Translations under genes and position numbers: made by a program
Assembly (NCBI GenBank): GCA_951406725.2
Contig: OX597819.1
Span: 2,356,001 to 2,420,000, forward strand
Reading direction: 5' to 3'
Origin: Octopus vulgaris
Taxonomy: Eukaryota
DNA length: 64,000 nt
The notes under the pieces: model-generated
Databases searched by the model: none
What the model was told of the DNA's origin: nothing
The model's input: the letters and a program-made list of their open reading frames with translations, nothing else
Shown: in pieces, positions 37,860-50,445 of the stretch
Layout of the letters: every line of letters begins with the position of its first letter
How positions within the stretch are numbered: position 1 is the stretch's first letter

Positions 37860-37929
37860 CTGCACTGAAGATGAGAAATAAGTAAGTAAGTAAATATAAC
37901 CTTACTTTAATCTCGAAACGCGTACGTAG
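37860..37929 (+). ncRNA. Hammerhead motif inside a fold-back PLE end (37355-38105)
   Basis: CTGCA CTGAAGA T GAGA...TCTC GAAAC GCGT A CGTAG, with the classic PLE GAAACGCGT palindromic stem III. Confidence 0.75.
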
Positions 37930-39040
37930 CTAACTGAGTCGTGTGGATTCGTTACTTTTTCTTTTTGCCTACGTAAAAAGTGTGTTACTGTCTGGGAGAT
38001 TTTTATGGTAGTAGAAAAGGCATTTAACTCCTATTTCTAAATTCGGTGCGTGGCGAAGAAATTAGCTGACCCCTGATTATAATTATGTTCATAATTATAG
38101 AATTTTTGTATGTATGTATGTATGTATGTATGTATGTATGTATGTATGTATGTATGCATGCATGCATACATGTATGTATGTACGAATACCTGTATGTGCA
38201 TGTTGTATGTACGCGCATGTGTATGTATTATGTATGTGTGTAGGTATGCGTGTATGTATGTTTCTGACCATGAGAAACAGTTGATCGATATAATTCTCAA
38301 TGAATGAGCACGAACGTAGCTGAGCACTCCACAAGCTCTTAATGCAATGTTCAAAGTCAGCGTATCACTGTTTCCCAAGTCAGGTCTTTGAATTAAATGT
38401 ACAACTCATTAGATAGGCTTCAATACAGTTTCTATCTACTAGATTTCACTGACAAAGTTTGGGTTTACGCAAGAGTATAAAAACATACTTGCCCAAAATG
38501 TCACCGAATGTACTCTAACTCGGCATATCATTTTTGTGAATAAACTTCTTAACCGTTGAAACATACTGCCTCTCTTTCTCTCATTCTTTCTCTCTCCCCC
38601 CTCTCTCTCTCTTTCTCTCCCTCTCTCTCAATCTCTCTCTATGCGTATATATATATATATATATTGGATGTGTGTGTATGTGTTTGTGTGTGTGTGTGTG
38701 TATGTGTGTGTGTCCATGTGTGTGTGTGTGAGAGTATGAAAGCGTTGTAATGTGCTTCAAGCCTTGTGGTATCTGAGAATTCATGTTGTTTAGTCGGTTT
38801 CTCGCAATGCAAAAGAATATATCAATATTAAATTAGCAACAAAGTATTCAAGTGTTACCTTTGAGATAATCTAATAATTATTTGCATTTCTAGTAAAATA
38901 CCCATCAACAGAGAAAAGCAGTTAAAGAAATATCAATGGCATATACTCCCTTTGGCTGTAATGGAAGGATATTTATTAAGCCCCGTGTCAACATTCATTG
39001 CTACAATTTGTAGTGTCAGCTGCAGGAGCAGAGTCAGCTA

Positions 39041-39110
<70 letters not shown>

Positions 39111-40640
39111 GGTGGTGGTGGTGGTGGTGGTGGTGGTACATTATCCATTGGGCTTGGTCTAACTCAGCGTTATTGACGGTCGGGTAGCTGAGGATTTATT
39201 TTTACAAGAATTATTTTTCTCTCATTTATTACCTATGCTGTGTTCAATGAATAAAATGGTAGCAAATATATATATATTGTTACTAATGTTCCCACATTTT
39301 ATTATATGTTTCCGAAACGATGGCACGCGTATTGTTTCTTCATCCAGATATACAAAGGTCGAATCATGCTGCCGATGTAGCCCTCACTTGATATTTGGTC
39401 AACAGTAGGAGATATACTACATAAATGTATGGGCACTTGTCTGTTCCACGGATTGTCTGTCAAGTGGGCAGCATGCATGAATTGTGAATGTTGTAAGTGT
39501 GCTAAATATAGGATCATTTCTGTAGCTATGGCATTTGATGAAATGTGTTAATTTCAGAATGCCGGTTTTGGTGAAGTCGGATAGCGAAAGAAGCGGTGTA
39601 TTCGTTGATTTTCAACATTTGAAGAAACTGGGAAACGTGCGACCCCAACGTTCAGTATGACTTCACCTGTCTTGGATATATATACATACATACATAAATA
39701 AACACACGCGCGCGCACATGTACGCGTGTATGTGTGTGTATGCATGCGTGTGTGTGTGCGTGCGTGTGTGTGTGCGTGCGTGTGTGTGTGCGTGCGTGTG
39801 TGTGTGCGTGCGTGTGTGTGTGCGTGCGTGTGTGTGTGCGTGCGTGTGTGTGTGCGTGCGTGTGTGTGTGCGTGCGTGTGTGTGTATCTGTATATTACAA
39901 ATAATGAATTAAATAGAGAAATACAATTGACAATCTAACAATTTATCACATTATAATGTAATATAATATACTATAAATATAGTATAACCAAAAAAGCCAA
40001 ATAAAGCCAACATTTAGATTAACATTTTTGGAGACAAGCTCTATGACCCGGCGTTGTCGGTCTAGCGCTAGTGATTGTTGTTCGTTGCCGGGTCGCAGTA
40101 AAATTTTCTCACTAAATCAAGAGCTAAGTTTCTTATCACATTTCAGCCTGGGCCAGTTTTGCTGTTTATGAGCTAGTTGGAACATTTTATGAGAGTAATT
40201 AATATTTATTGGACTTCGGCAATAACATATGGACATAAGGGGTCAATTTATCGGTTTTTAATGGCTTTCTTGGGTGACTGGAGAAATGAAAAGATCTTCA
40301 CGATCACCCTCAGACAGTTTTGAAAGCCCATAGATAATGCGAGCCTTTTACGTGAAAAACTGTGGATTTTACGTGAAAAACTGTGGACACACAGATACAC
40401 CGACATTTTGCCGTTTATAGATATAGAGATATATAAAAAAACATTGGAGATATATAAAAACATTTTTGACCGTTATAAATTTTCTTTACATAATTAATTC
40501 ATCCTTTTGAATTTTGTTGTTCTTTTCTTGTACTTATGTTTTGAATTGTTAACGCTCACGCCCCTAAACATAGGTATTTTGAATCAGTATCATGCAATCT
40601 GGTAGTCCTTTTACATGGAATTTCGTTTGTCTTTTGAACC

Positions 40641-40725
40641 AAGGCCCTGAAGAGGCTCGTATACATAGATATGAATTGTTTATAAATCAAATAATGTATA
40701 TAAGTCGAAACAAACTGTTGGGTTT
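40641..40725 (+). ncRNA. Hammerhead motif with an extended stem II
   Basis: AAGGCC CTGAAGA GGCTCGTATACAT...ATGTATATAAGTC GAA ACA AAC TGT T GGGTT; 12 of 13 stem II pairs form, and stem III is ACA/TGT. Confidence 0.7.
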
Positions 40726-40950
40726 ATTTGTATTTGTTTTTTCGCTTTGCTTTAAATTGGTTATATTATTTTTATATTATATTATAACGTAATAAATTGT
40801 TAGATCGTCTCTATTTAATTTATTTTTTGTATTTTGTATTTATACCCCTATTTCTGCGGTATTCAACTACCGTAAAAGTGATTTGGATGTCTTAACCCCT
40901 GTGAAGGAATCGTCTGTTCCTTCGTTTGTTATATATAATATATACATACA

Positions 40951-41009
<59 letters not shown>

Positions 41010-42202
41010 TTTTGTACTCGTTCTGCTTTTATATTGATAGGAAGGGTTGACTTGCGATATACCACCTGACCGACAGAAATCGGGGTTTACTTTTTAACAC
41101 ACTCCTAGTTGTGAAGTTCTGGGGCGAAAGGTAGTTGATTAAACCTACAACAGTATTTAGCTATTACTGTATTTCATCGACACTGGGGGGGGGGGGGGCT
41201 GAAAGAGTAAGTTGACCTCAGCGGTGTTCGAATTCTAAACATAAAGAACCGAAACAAGCACCATAAATCATTTGCATGTTTGCATGTGTGTGTGTGTGTA
41301 TGTGTGTGTGTGTGTTTGTGCGCGCGTGCGTGTGTGTATTACATCGAAGTTCTTCTAAAGCAAGTTTGTGAATAACAGAGCATTTACGGATACTCAATTT
41401 TAAAAGTAGGGTAAAATTAATATAATGCATGTCGACGCTGACATAAACTTTCGTCTGACAGAATATTCATTTAATCCCAATCAACACAGCTTTATTTGTT
41501 TTCATATATATGTATCTTCTCCTTCAAGCAACCTCAGTTGAGATGCTTCTCAAAATGCTACTCTATCTCCCATTAGCTTTTGTAGATTATCAATACCATG
41601 TTGTGTATCTCTGCCAGTAAATTCTATGGAGTTGAATGGTCTTTGTACTCTGTTAGTGTTCGGAACTCTCCAAAATATTACATTTGATAAAGCCTGTTGT
41701 TCAGCACGGTAAACGTGGCTAGCAAAGCCAACCCTGCACTGAAAAATACAAGTAGTAATAGGTGGAATGTGTGTCTATAAGTCATCTCTTTGGTCTTGTG
41801 CTCATGCGATGAATATTTTTTGAGCGATCACGTGAAATTTTGATTATGCACTACCAAGGCTATCTTGAAGTATCTTCTTTGCTGTTCGGGTTTCACCTCC
41901 TTAAAAGAGAATTCTCTCTACACATACAATGAAGAAGACAAGTTTTTTTGATTTGGAAAATTATGGTTGACCGATGTTTTGAAGCTTGTTACTGGCACTC
42001 GAAGCATTTGCATGAAAAGAAATCATTCTTACTGTAACAGAGGACTCAATGTACTTGCAGTTACTGACTTCCTTGAATCATATTCCATCACTGGAACAAA
42101 TTCGTAGATTTTCATTTTCATTGATAGTTATTTATTCCTTCTTCTTTGCACAGAGAAATAGACATACAGACAGACATACAGACAAAAGACAGACAGACAA
42201 AA

Positions 42203-42412
42203 GACGGGGATGCTGAAAAGTTCCCGTCTTTAAGGGTATTGCGAATAGCCTAGTTGCAGGCCCAATTCTCAGTTATTTTACAAGGTTTAGAGAAACTGAA
42301 GGACCGCTGCTATAAGTGTGTGGATCTGACTGAGATTGGAATACAGTCACGATTAACTTATCTTCATGTATTTTCTTCAAACCAAAGCCAGGTACTTTTC
42401 AGCATCCTCTCG
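42203..42412. mobile_element. Mariner-derived MITE
   Basis: Inverted termini GGATGCTGAAAAGT ... ACTTTTCAGCATCC(TCTCGTA). Confidence 0.7.
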
Positions 42413-42675
42413 TATGTACATACATGCATACATACATACATACATACATACATACATACATACATACATACATACATACATACATACATACATACATACA
42501 TACATACATAAAAAGTTTAAGCGGGAGTTTCGTGAAATAAGTTATCGTGGCAAGCGTAAATATTATATGGTAACTCTTGCAATGAAAATAATATGAATAA
42601 GATTAATAAGATTAATAAGATTAATAAGATTAATAAGATTAATAAGATAAATAAGATTAGTATGGTATTTATATA

Positions 42676-44030
42676 TCCGGTCATTAAGAATGAAATGTCC
42701 GATTTTGAACTGAAAGTTTATTTTACTTTATCTCAACAAAAAGCAATGCAGTTAATCAAAGTATGCACCTAAATTATCAACACAATTTTGCCATTTTATC
42801 AGTAGCTTATTTATGCCAGCAGTGAAGAATTCTGGAGAACAAGAGGTGATGAAATCATGAAAGGCTGTTTCTGCATCTTTAGATTTGAAGTTTTCCCTTG
42901 CGAAAAGTTGTCTAATGCCTGGAAAACGTGATAGTCAGTTGTTGCAAGGTCTGGTGAATATGGTGGATTACAGAGAACTTCGAAGTTCAGTTCCTGTAAT
43001 GAGTAGCATTCTTTGTGCAACATGACATTGAGTATTGTCTTGCAAGAGAATTGGCTGCCTGTCTCTATTGACCAATCTCGGTTGTTTAATTGCAAGTTCA
43101 CTCATCATTTCATCCAGTTTCTAACCTATATCCAAGGCTCCTTCATTATAATTTCATCATCAACAACAGGGTAATTTTGTTTGTATGTATGTATGTAATG
43201 TATGTATGTGCAGATTTGTATGTTTTATGTATGTATTATACCAGGTCTCATGAAACTGTAGTGGATGACACCAGCGCTGGACCACCAAACAGACACTATT
43301 AGCTTTTTTGGGGTGAATATTCTTTTTCTGGTTTGTGTTTTGGCACTTCGTCTGAATCCAACCACTGAGCAGAACGCTTGCTATTGTTGAAAAGAATCCA
43401 TTTTCGTCACACGTAACAAAACGATGCAAAAATGGTTCGCTTTTATGCCGTGACATCAAAGAACAGCAAGTTTCAAGGCGACGTGTCATTTGATGCTCTT
43501 TCATTTCTTTCAAGCTTCTTTACCTGGCCGATTTATTTCAGATGGTCCAAAACGGTTGGAATCAAAACCTTTTTGCTAACTAACGCGTAGTGCGAGATGT
43601 ATGCACTTCCACTACAGATTCCAGTTCATCATTATCCACCTTAGTCTCAGGTATACCACGGGGCTGATTTTCAAGAGTAAAGTTACCAGACCGGAACTTC
43701 TCAAACCATCGACGTACAGTGCGCTCATTCATCACACCTTCACCAATTTCCACATTGATGTTTCGAGCTGTATGGGATGCATTGGTTCCACGCTGAACTC
43801 ATATTCATAAACAACACGCATTTTTTATTTGTCCATGAGTTCACAAAATTAAGTTACAAGAGGAAACTCACAATATAATCTCACACTATAAGCAGGAATT
43901 ACATTTCGAAAAGTGATGATGTAACTCTTCAATGTTGTAAAACAAAGAATTGTCATGATGAAGCATTAGAGTCAATGACTGTCAAACTTGGTGCATAAGA
44001 AAATCGGACATTTCATTCTCAATGGTCTGA
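42676..44030 (-). mobile_element. Degenerate full-length mariner (second family)
   Basis: TIRs TCCGGTCATTAAGAATGAAATGTCCGATTTT / AAAATCGGACATTTCATTCTCAATGGTCTGA with TA flanks; FLHRFVTCDE and PPYSPDLATTDYHVF motifs with many frameshifts. Confidence 0.9.
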
Positions 44031-44291
44031 TATAATTTAGCCATTTCGTTTTTTGCCCGCCGTTGGATTGCAGTTATGGTGGAGCATCACCTTCAAGGCT
44101 TTAGATGAGAATATCAGCTCCAGTAATTAATTTTAAGCTTAGCTTTAATTTTATCAATATTTGTATGTGGAATTGATATTAGATACAACACTGGTTTTGA
44201 GAAGTATAAGTTGAAGCATGCATGTAAGCGCGTGCACCAATCACACGGACATTTAAAAACAGATATATGTATACATATATATATGTATGTA

Positions 44292-44344
<53 letters not shown>

Positions 44345-47004
44345 ATATACATACACGTATATATACATACATATATATATATATACACGTACATATACAT
44401 ATATTTATATGCATATGTATATGCATATATGTATGTGTGTGTGTTTATGTGTGTGTTTGTCTCTGTGTGTAGTGTACGTATACACAAATACACACATACG
44501 ATGACTTTCATCTTGTAACTGTTTGTCGTATTTCACGGAAGGTTGTAGTAGTACGACCACGCAATACGACCAAGCAAAGAACTACACGGTTATGAAGCAT
44601 AGTTTTAAAGCATAAAGCCATGTCTACACCTATATTACTGTTTTCTTTCTCTCTTTAGCTATCTACTGCTCAGTGGAGCAACTACTATACTTCATATGAA
44701 CTTTTCTCTGCGAAAACACACCGTATTTTGAAGTTATTTTTACCGGACAAACATTTATCATTATAAATTTATCCGAGAATTCTATACCTATAGCAGTACT
44801 GATGTGGGCAGTTGTGATTTTGCTAGTTTGACTCAACACTGATATCTACTCAGTTTACCATTCACTGATAAATCAAATATATATTCAACATAGAGCTCAA
44901 CCAACTAAGTCGTACAGCAATAAGATATTATAGATAGTTTACGTCTTTTATCTCTTTCTAGTTAAGATTGTTTACTTTTTGGCGTAAACTGAAAAAATAT
45001 TACATAACAACTCTCAAAGGAGAAGAGGTGACACGAATGAAATTTTACATCATTTAAAAAATCAAATATTTCACACAAAATACAACTTCCAAAGAAATTG
45101 TGTGTATAAACTTCCATCCATTTTGAAAACCATTTCAAATAAATCGTAGCATTTTCAGGGGTATTATTAGTAATTTTTTTTAAATGCAGTAATAGAAGAT
45201 AAGAAAGATGTCTTTGAATGTTAAAAAACAATGTATTGTCTATGAAGAGCCAGACCCATGAGACTATACGTTTAATTCATCAGGCGTACGTTAAGTGTAT
45301 TGTGATAATATATCAAGAGTTTGTAAAATGTTAAATATATATTTGATATATCAGTGAATGGCAAACTGAGTAGATATCAGTGTTGAGTCAAACTAGCAAA
45401 ATCACAACTGACTGCATCAATACTTCAATAGTAATAGAATTCTCAGATAAATTTATAATGATAAATGTTTGTCCGGTAAAAATAATTTCAAAAACGAATA
45501 TGAAAATAACTATTGAAAGGATAATTATCTCTTGCGTTTATACTTTGAAAGAAAATTTAATAACTATTGGCCATATGATTCCGAGTGAATGTAAATCCGT
45601 TTTAATAACGTCAGTACTATTTGAAAATATTGAAAAAATATTCTTTTATTGATGCAACTCTAGCAATAATATTATACATATTTGATGTTTTAAAATGTAA
45701 TAAACAATTGATTTTTCTATATTCCATTGTCCAATAAACAAATTTATTTTACTGAATCTCACTAACAATATGTTTCTGAGATTGTTAGAAGCCAGTAATG
45801 AATGAAAAAGTGTTAAATGCTTTTGCTAAGGACAAAATGTATCACCTATGACTTTATACAAGCTTTCAGCCCATAAGATAAATTCGCTTAACGCCTTATG
45901 AATACGGTCGCTGCACTTGAACATGATTAGCTAGTGATTAACTCAAATAAGTCGTCTCTAATGCACATCCTTCTGCTGAATATGACTGTTACAAGATTCG
46001 CTAGAATGTCTCTAATAGTATTGTATACTTTCAAGGATAATAAGATTAACATATCAATTCTTTCTCCTTAGAGACCATAATTCAGTATCTAGTAATCGAT
46101 ATAAGGAAAGCAATAGCAAATAGATCTACTTCTCTGTTGGTCACAGAGATCAAGAGCAGGCTGATGTAGGAAAAGAGTTGGCATTCAATGCTAACAAATT
46201 AACTCACAATTCAAACATTCAAATACAAAAGCAGCGATAGTAACGTCAAACGATAAGGTAATTCTGTACAAGCATTGAAACTCGTCTTATTCACAGTGCT
46301 AGCTAAAGGTTAACACTAGATAATCATTAGGTTTTCCATAGAAACTAAAGAATTCTAGTCATAGTGAGGATGGTTATTTGCTTTGTGCATTGAACTTACA
46401 AATTATATTTATCGTGCTATTACTTGAAATTAAATTTTCTCAGTACAACTTCTAAGTGTACCTTTTAGAAACAAATATATTTATGAATGCCTAACGTTAT
46501 TATAAGATATGTAAAATGTAGAATGTAAATATATGAATATCTATAAACGCAGATTTCTTTACATTTGCTTGGAAGAAAGGCACAGTCATGTGGAAATGAA
46601 AGAGAGTGAAGGATAGAGCATTTTCGGAAGAGAACTATATTTTGGAGTTGCAGGCATACTTTCCAACAAAATTATGTAGGAAGATAGTTTTTGCGGTGGA
46701 ATTATCTTAAAAAGAATTAATTATAAATAGAATTAATTATAAATCAATTACATAACTATCAAACATGGTAATCTCGACGGGAGTAAGAATAATTCACGTT
46801 TGCCTCTCATATACACCCGCCTGCTTCTCATTTTCGCACAAATTAGATATTTAGTTATATCGGAATATCAAAGTACCCGGAGTCCGCAACACAGAAGAAG
46901 AATTAACTATTATTTACAAACTAACTTATAAATAGTCTTTTAATACGCACATTGCAAGTAATTTTAATTGAAATATATTCACTTCATAGTTGTATAGTAA
47001 TATC

Positions 47005-47063
<59 letters not shown>

Positions 47064-48174
47064 TAGACAGACAGGCAGGCAGGCAGACAGACAGACAGAC
47101 AGGCAGGCAGGCAGACAGGCAGGCAGGCAGGCAGACAGACAGACATATAGATTGATAATAGTTACGCAGTCAATCAGTTTATTAACTTATTAGAAGAGAG
47201 GCAGATGATTGAGTAAAGATTTTAAACGCAGTCTTTCCTCTTTCTAATTTTAAACCTTTTGAGAGAATTCGTTAAAATGAAGAATGTACATAAAAAATGT
47301 AATTAGGGATTTTAGCTGAAACCCTGAAGAATATATTTTCCCTTTCTGCAACTGACAAAATAGCGAAAACAGTAATAGTCGACCAATTCGATTACGCATA
47401 TAACACTCATCGCGCGACAATGACTGTTCATGTGAAATGTATCGAGCCGCAGTACAAGCAATGAATTTTCTTCCACCATTTCTGTTCTTTGTTCATGTGA
47501 TCCGGTTGTGAGTATCAAGGTCTACTCTAATGTTACATACTTGTATCTAGACAATGTGTTATCCGATTTCTCGTACGACCAAGACAATTGCGAGAATTTT
47601 CTTGGAAATCGAGTTTTCTCTCTTCCTTGACCATGCCACAGCCAGTGTTGATTTCGTCGAAGCAATATTTCTTGTATATCAGAGATCTCCGCTTAGTTTA
47701 GGGTTAGGATTATCCTGTCCTCTCTTTCTGTATAAAATGCATGATCAGACTTTGATGTGACATCATGAATGCTAGCAATGTTTTAGAAATGTCTCTTGCT
47801 TATTTCCAGTATATCAATTGTCACGGTGAACTCAGGTTGTGCCACTTAGCTCGACTTGGTATTTGCTGTTTAAAATACTTCAGTTCAATCTAAACATTAT
47901 GTATTCAATCCAGATATTAATTTTCCCTCTAAACTTTATGTATTGGCTTTGAGATGCGAGACCTTAACATCAGGGCTTTTGTGTGTGCGTGCATGTGTGT
48001 GTGTGTATGAGTCTGTGTATGCGTGTGTGAGTCTGTGTGTGTGAGTCTGTGTGTGTGTGTGCGTGTGTGTGCGCGTGTGTATGTGTGTGTGTGTGTATTC
48101 CTTCATTTGAGTTGCAGAATCCCTCTAAGAGTATTGCGGACATATTAATAAGAATAACGCTAGCGCTAGAACAT

Positions 48175-48562
48175 CGTCGTCGTGGCACTCCGTAAGTTTC
48201 GACGAGGAGGATTCCAGTTGATCCGATCAACGGAACAGCCTGCTCGTGAAATTAACATGCAAGTGACTGAGCACTCCACAGACACGTGTACCCTTAACGT
48301 AGTTCTCAGAGAGATTCAGCGTGACACGGTTTGTGACAAGGCTGGCCCTTTGAAATACAGGTACAACAGAAACAGGAAGAAAGAGTAAGAGAAAGTTGTG
48401 GTGAAAGAGTACAGCAGGGTTCGCCACCACGCCCTGCCAGAGCCTCGTGGAGCTTTAGGTATTTTCGCTCAATAAACACTAACAATGCCCGGTGTGGGAA
48501 TCAAAACCTCGATCCTACGACCGCGAGTCCGCTGCCCTAACCACTGGGCCATCGCGCCTCCA
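48175..48562 (-). mobile_element. tRNA(Arg)-like SINE with an 11-bp TSD
   Basis: TSD CGCTAGAACAT at 48164-74 and 48563-73, (ACG)n tail and an intact tRNA-like head. Confidence 0.92.
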
Positions 48563-48579
48563 CGCTAGAACATAGCTCT

Positions 48580-49200
48580 GCTTTATTCTGACAGTAACCT
48601 CAAACTGTACAGAGCTGAAGCTCTTCATCGTGACTTGAGCCTTGATTTAAGTGCACAGGGACTTTTTTATACGAGTCAAGTTTCCCGAACATCTAAAACC
48701 TCTGACTATTTTACTTTGATTCAACTTATTTACTGTGTCGAATGCCTTCGTGAAGTCAACATTAAGCGCATGTGGTACACTACTCCAAATGTTTTCTCTA
48801 GATTTGTCTGAGATAGAACACCATACAGATGGGACATCTTCTCCTTTGGGTCCCATATTGAACTACTGAGTTTCTCACTTCCAGTAATCTTCTTATTTGC
48901 TGAAAGTGATTCGTAAAGTAATTAATTTGCATCGTTTTTCCTGAAACATTGATGATCCAACAGCTGATTTCAGCAGATTGGTACCTCGCTTTTGAGGTCC
49001 CTTCAGTGCATCCTTCAGTGCAGTATATGAGCTTTTTATGTCATTGCAATTAGCAATTTTCTTTTTTTTTTAGTTATTTCCTTTATTTTGTTATTATTCT
49101 AATTGCATCTTCTGTTGCCCTTATTTCTCTGAATTCAGTCTTGACGACTCCCTCACAGTTAAATCTATGTCTTGCACTGTGAGGCAAAGCGAACAGTATC
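48580..49200 (-). mobile_element. Decayed RTE-clade LINE RT fragment
   Basis: NVDFTKAFDTVN...IVRGFRCSGNLTRIKKSL resembles the RTE 'FVDLTKAFDTV..LW.IL...GCP'. Confidence 0.65.
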
Positions 49201-49638
49201 TGGATTCCTAACTGCATGGATTTTGTTGTTTCCCACAATTCCGGAGCCTCAACCATATATCTCTTTCTAGAATTGATCTTATATTCCTATCCACGAACTT
49301 ACTTTTTCTGTGCTCGGTGGTCTTGGGATGTCTACTCCTGTTCTATTTTACGGCTACTATGAAGGATATCTTCAATAGGGTTCTTTTGTAGTTTTGTAAT
49401 GTCTACATCACCCTATTATTCAGCCTAGTTATGGTGTAAACATTATTGACATGTTACCGGTGTTATTTTGCATGATATAAAATTCTATAGAATAAATCTT
49501 TACATTCCAGTTAACAGCGCATCTGGAAATTAATTTTTATACACTCTAGCAATGGAGAGAAAAGAGGGATCAGCTGGACTAATTTCAATTTTCATCTTAC
49601 AGGAATATGCCACAATTAATTATAAATAAGGTCTCATA

Positions 49639-50445
49639 GGCGCAGGCGTGGCTGTAAGAAGCTTGCTTCCAGGTTCAGTTCCACTGCATAGCACCTTGGA
49701 CAAGTGTCTTCTACTATAGCCCCGGGCCGACCAAAGCCTTGTAAGTGGATTTAGTAGACGGAAACTGAAAGAAGCCCGTCGTATATGACTGTGTATGTGG
49801 GTGTGTAGGTAGGTGCGCACGTGTGGGTGGCTTTGTGTTTATTTTTATCCCCCCACCACCGCTTGACAACCGGTGCTGGTTTCTTTACGTCCCGTAACAG
49901 AGTTTCGGCAAAAAGGAACGATAGAATAAGTGGCAGGCTTCAAGAAATACCTATTGGGATCGATACATTCGGCTATAGATTCTTCAAAGTGGTGTCCCAG
50001 CATAGCTGCGGTCAAATGACTGAGACAAGTAAAAGATAAATAGGCACTGGCGTGGCTGAGTGGTAAGAAGCTTGCTTCCCGATCACATGGATCCGGGTTC
50101 AGTACCACTGCATGAAACCTTAAGTGTCTTCTACCATAGTCTCGTCCCGACCGAAGACTTGTGTGTGGATTTGGTAGACGAAAACTGAAAGAAGACCGAC
50201 GTATATGTGTATATGTGTATATTTGTGTGTGTCTACGTCTGTGTTTGTCCTCCACCTCCACCACCGCTTGAAAACCGGTGTTGGTATGTTTATATCCTCG
50301 TAATTAAGTGTTTCTGCAAAAGACACTGATAGAATAAGTACCAGGCCCAAAAAAACAGTCTTGGGGTCGATTTATTCGACTAAAACACTTCAAGGCGTTG
50401 CCCCAACATGGCCGCAGTCAAACGATTGAAACAAGTGAAAGAAAA
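49639..50445 (+). mobile_element. Two tandem tRNA-derived SINEs
   Basis: Heads at about 49639 and 50042, each followed by the family body and tail. Confidence 0.88.

Noticed and set aside
42595-42660. (AATAAGATT)n and other short tandem arrays, such as the 37-bp duplication at 15195-15265, as CRISPR-like repeats
   Set aside because: There are no unique spacers and the context is eukaryotic; these are ordinary tandem repeats.
47312-47518. Possible signal-peptide exon (MRNRIGRLLLFSLFCQ...) on the - strand
   Set aside because: No phase-1 GT donor compatible with exon 2 was found; the exon at 53822-53945 fits much better.
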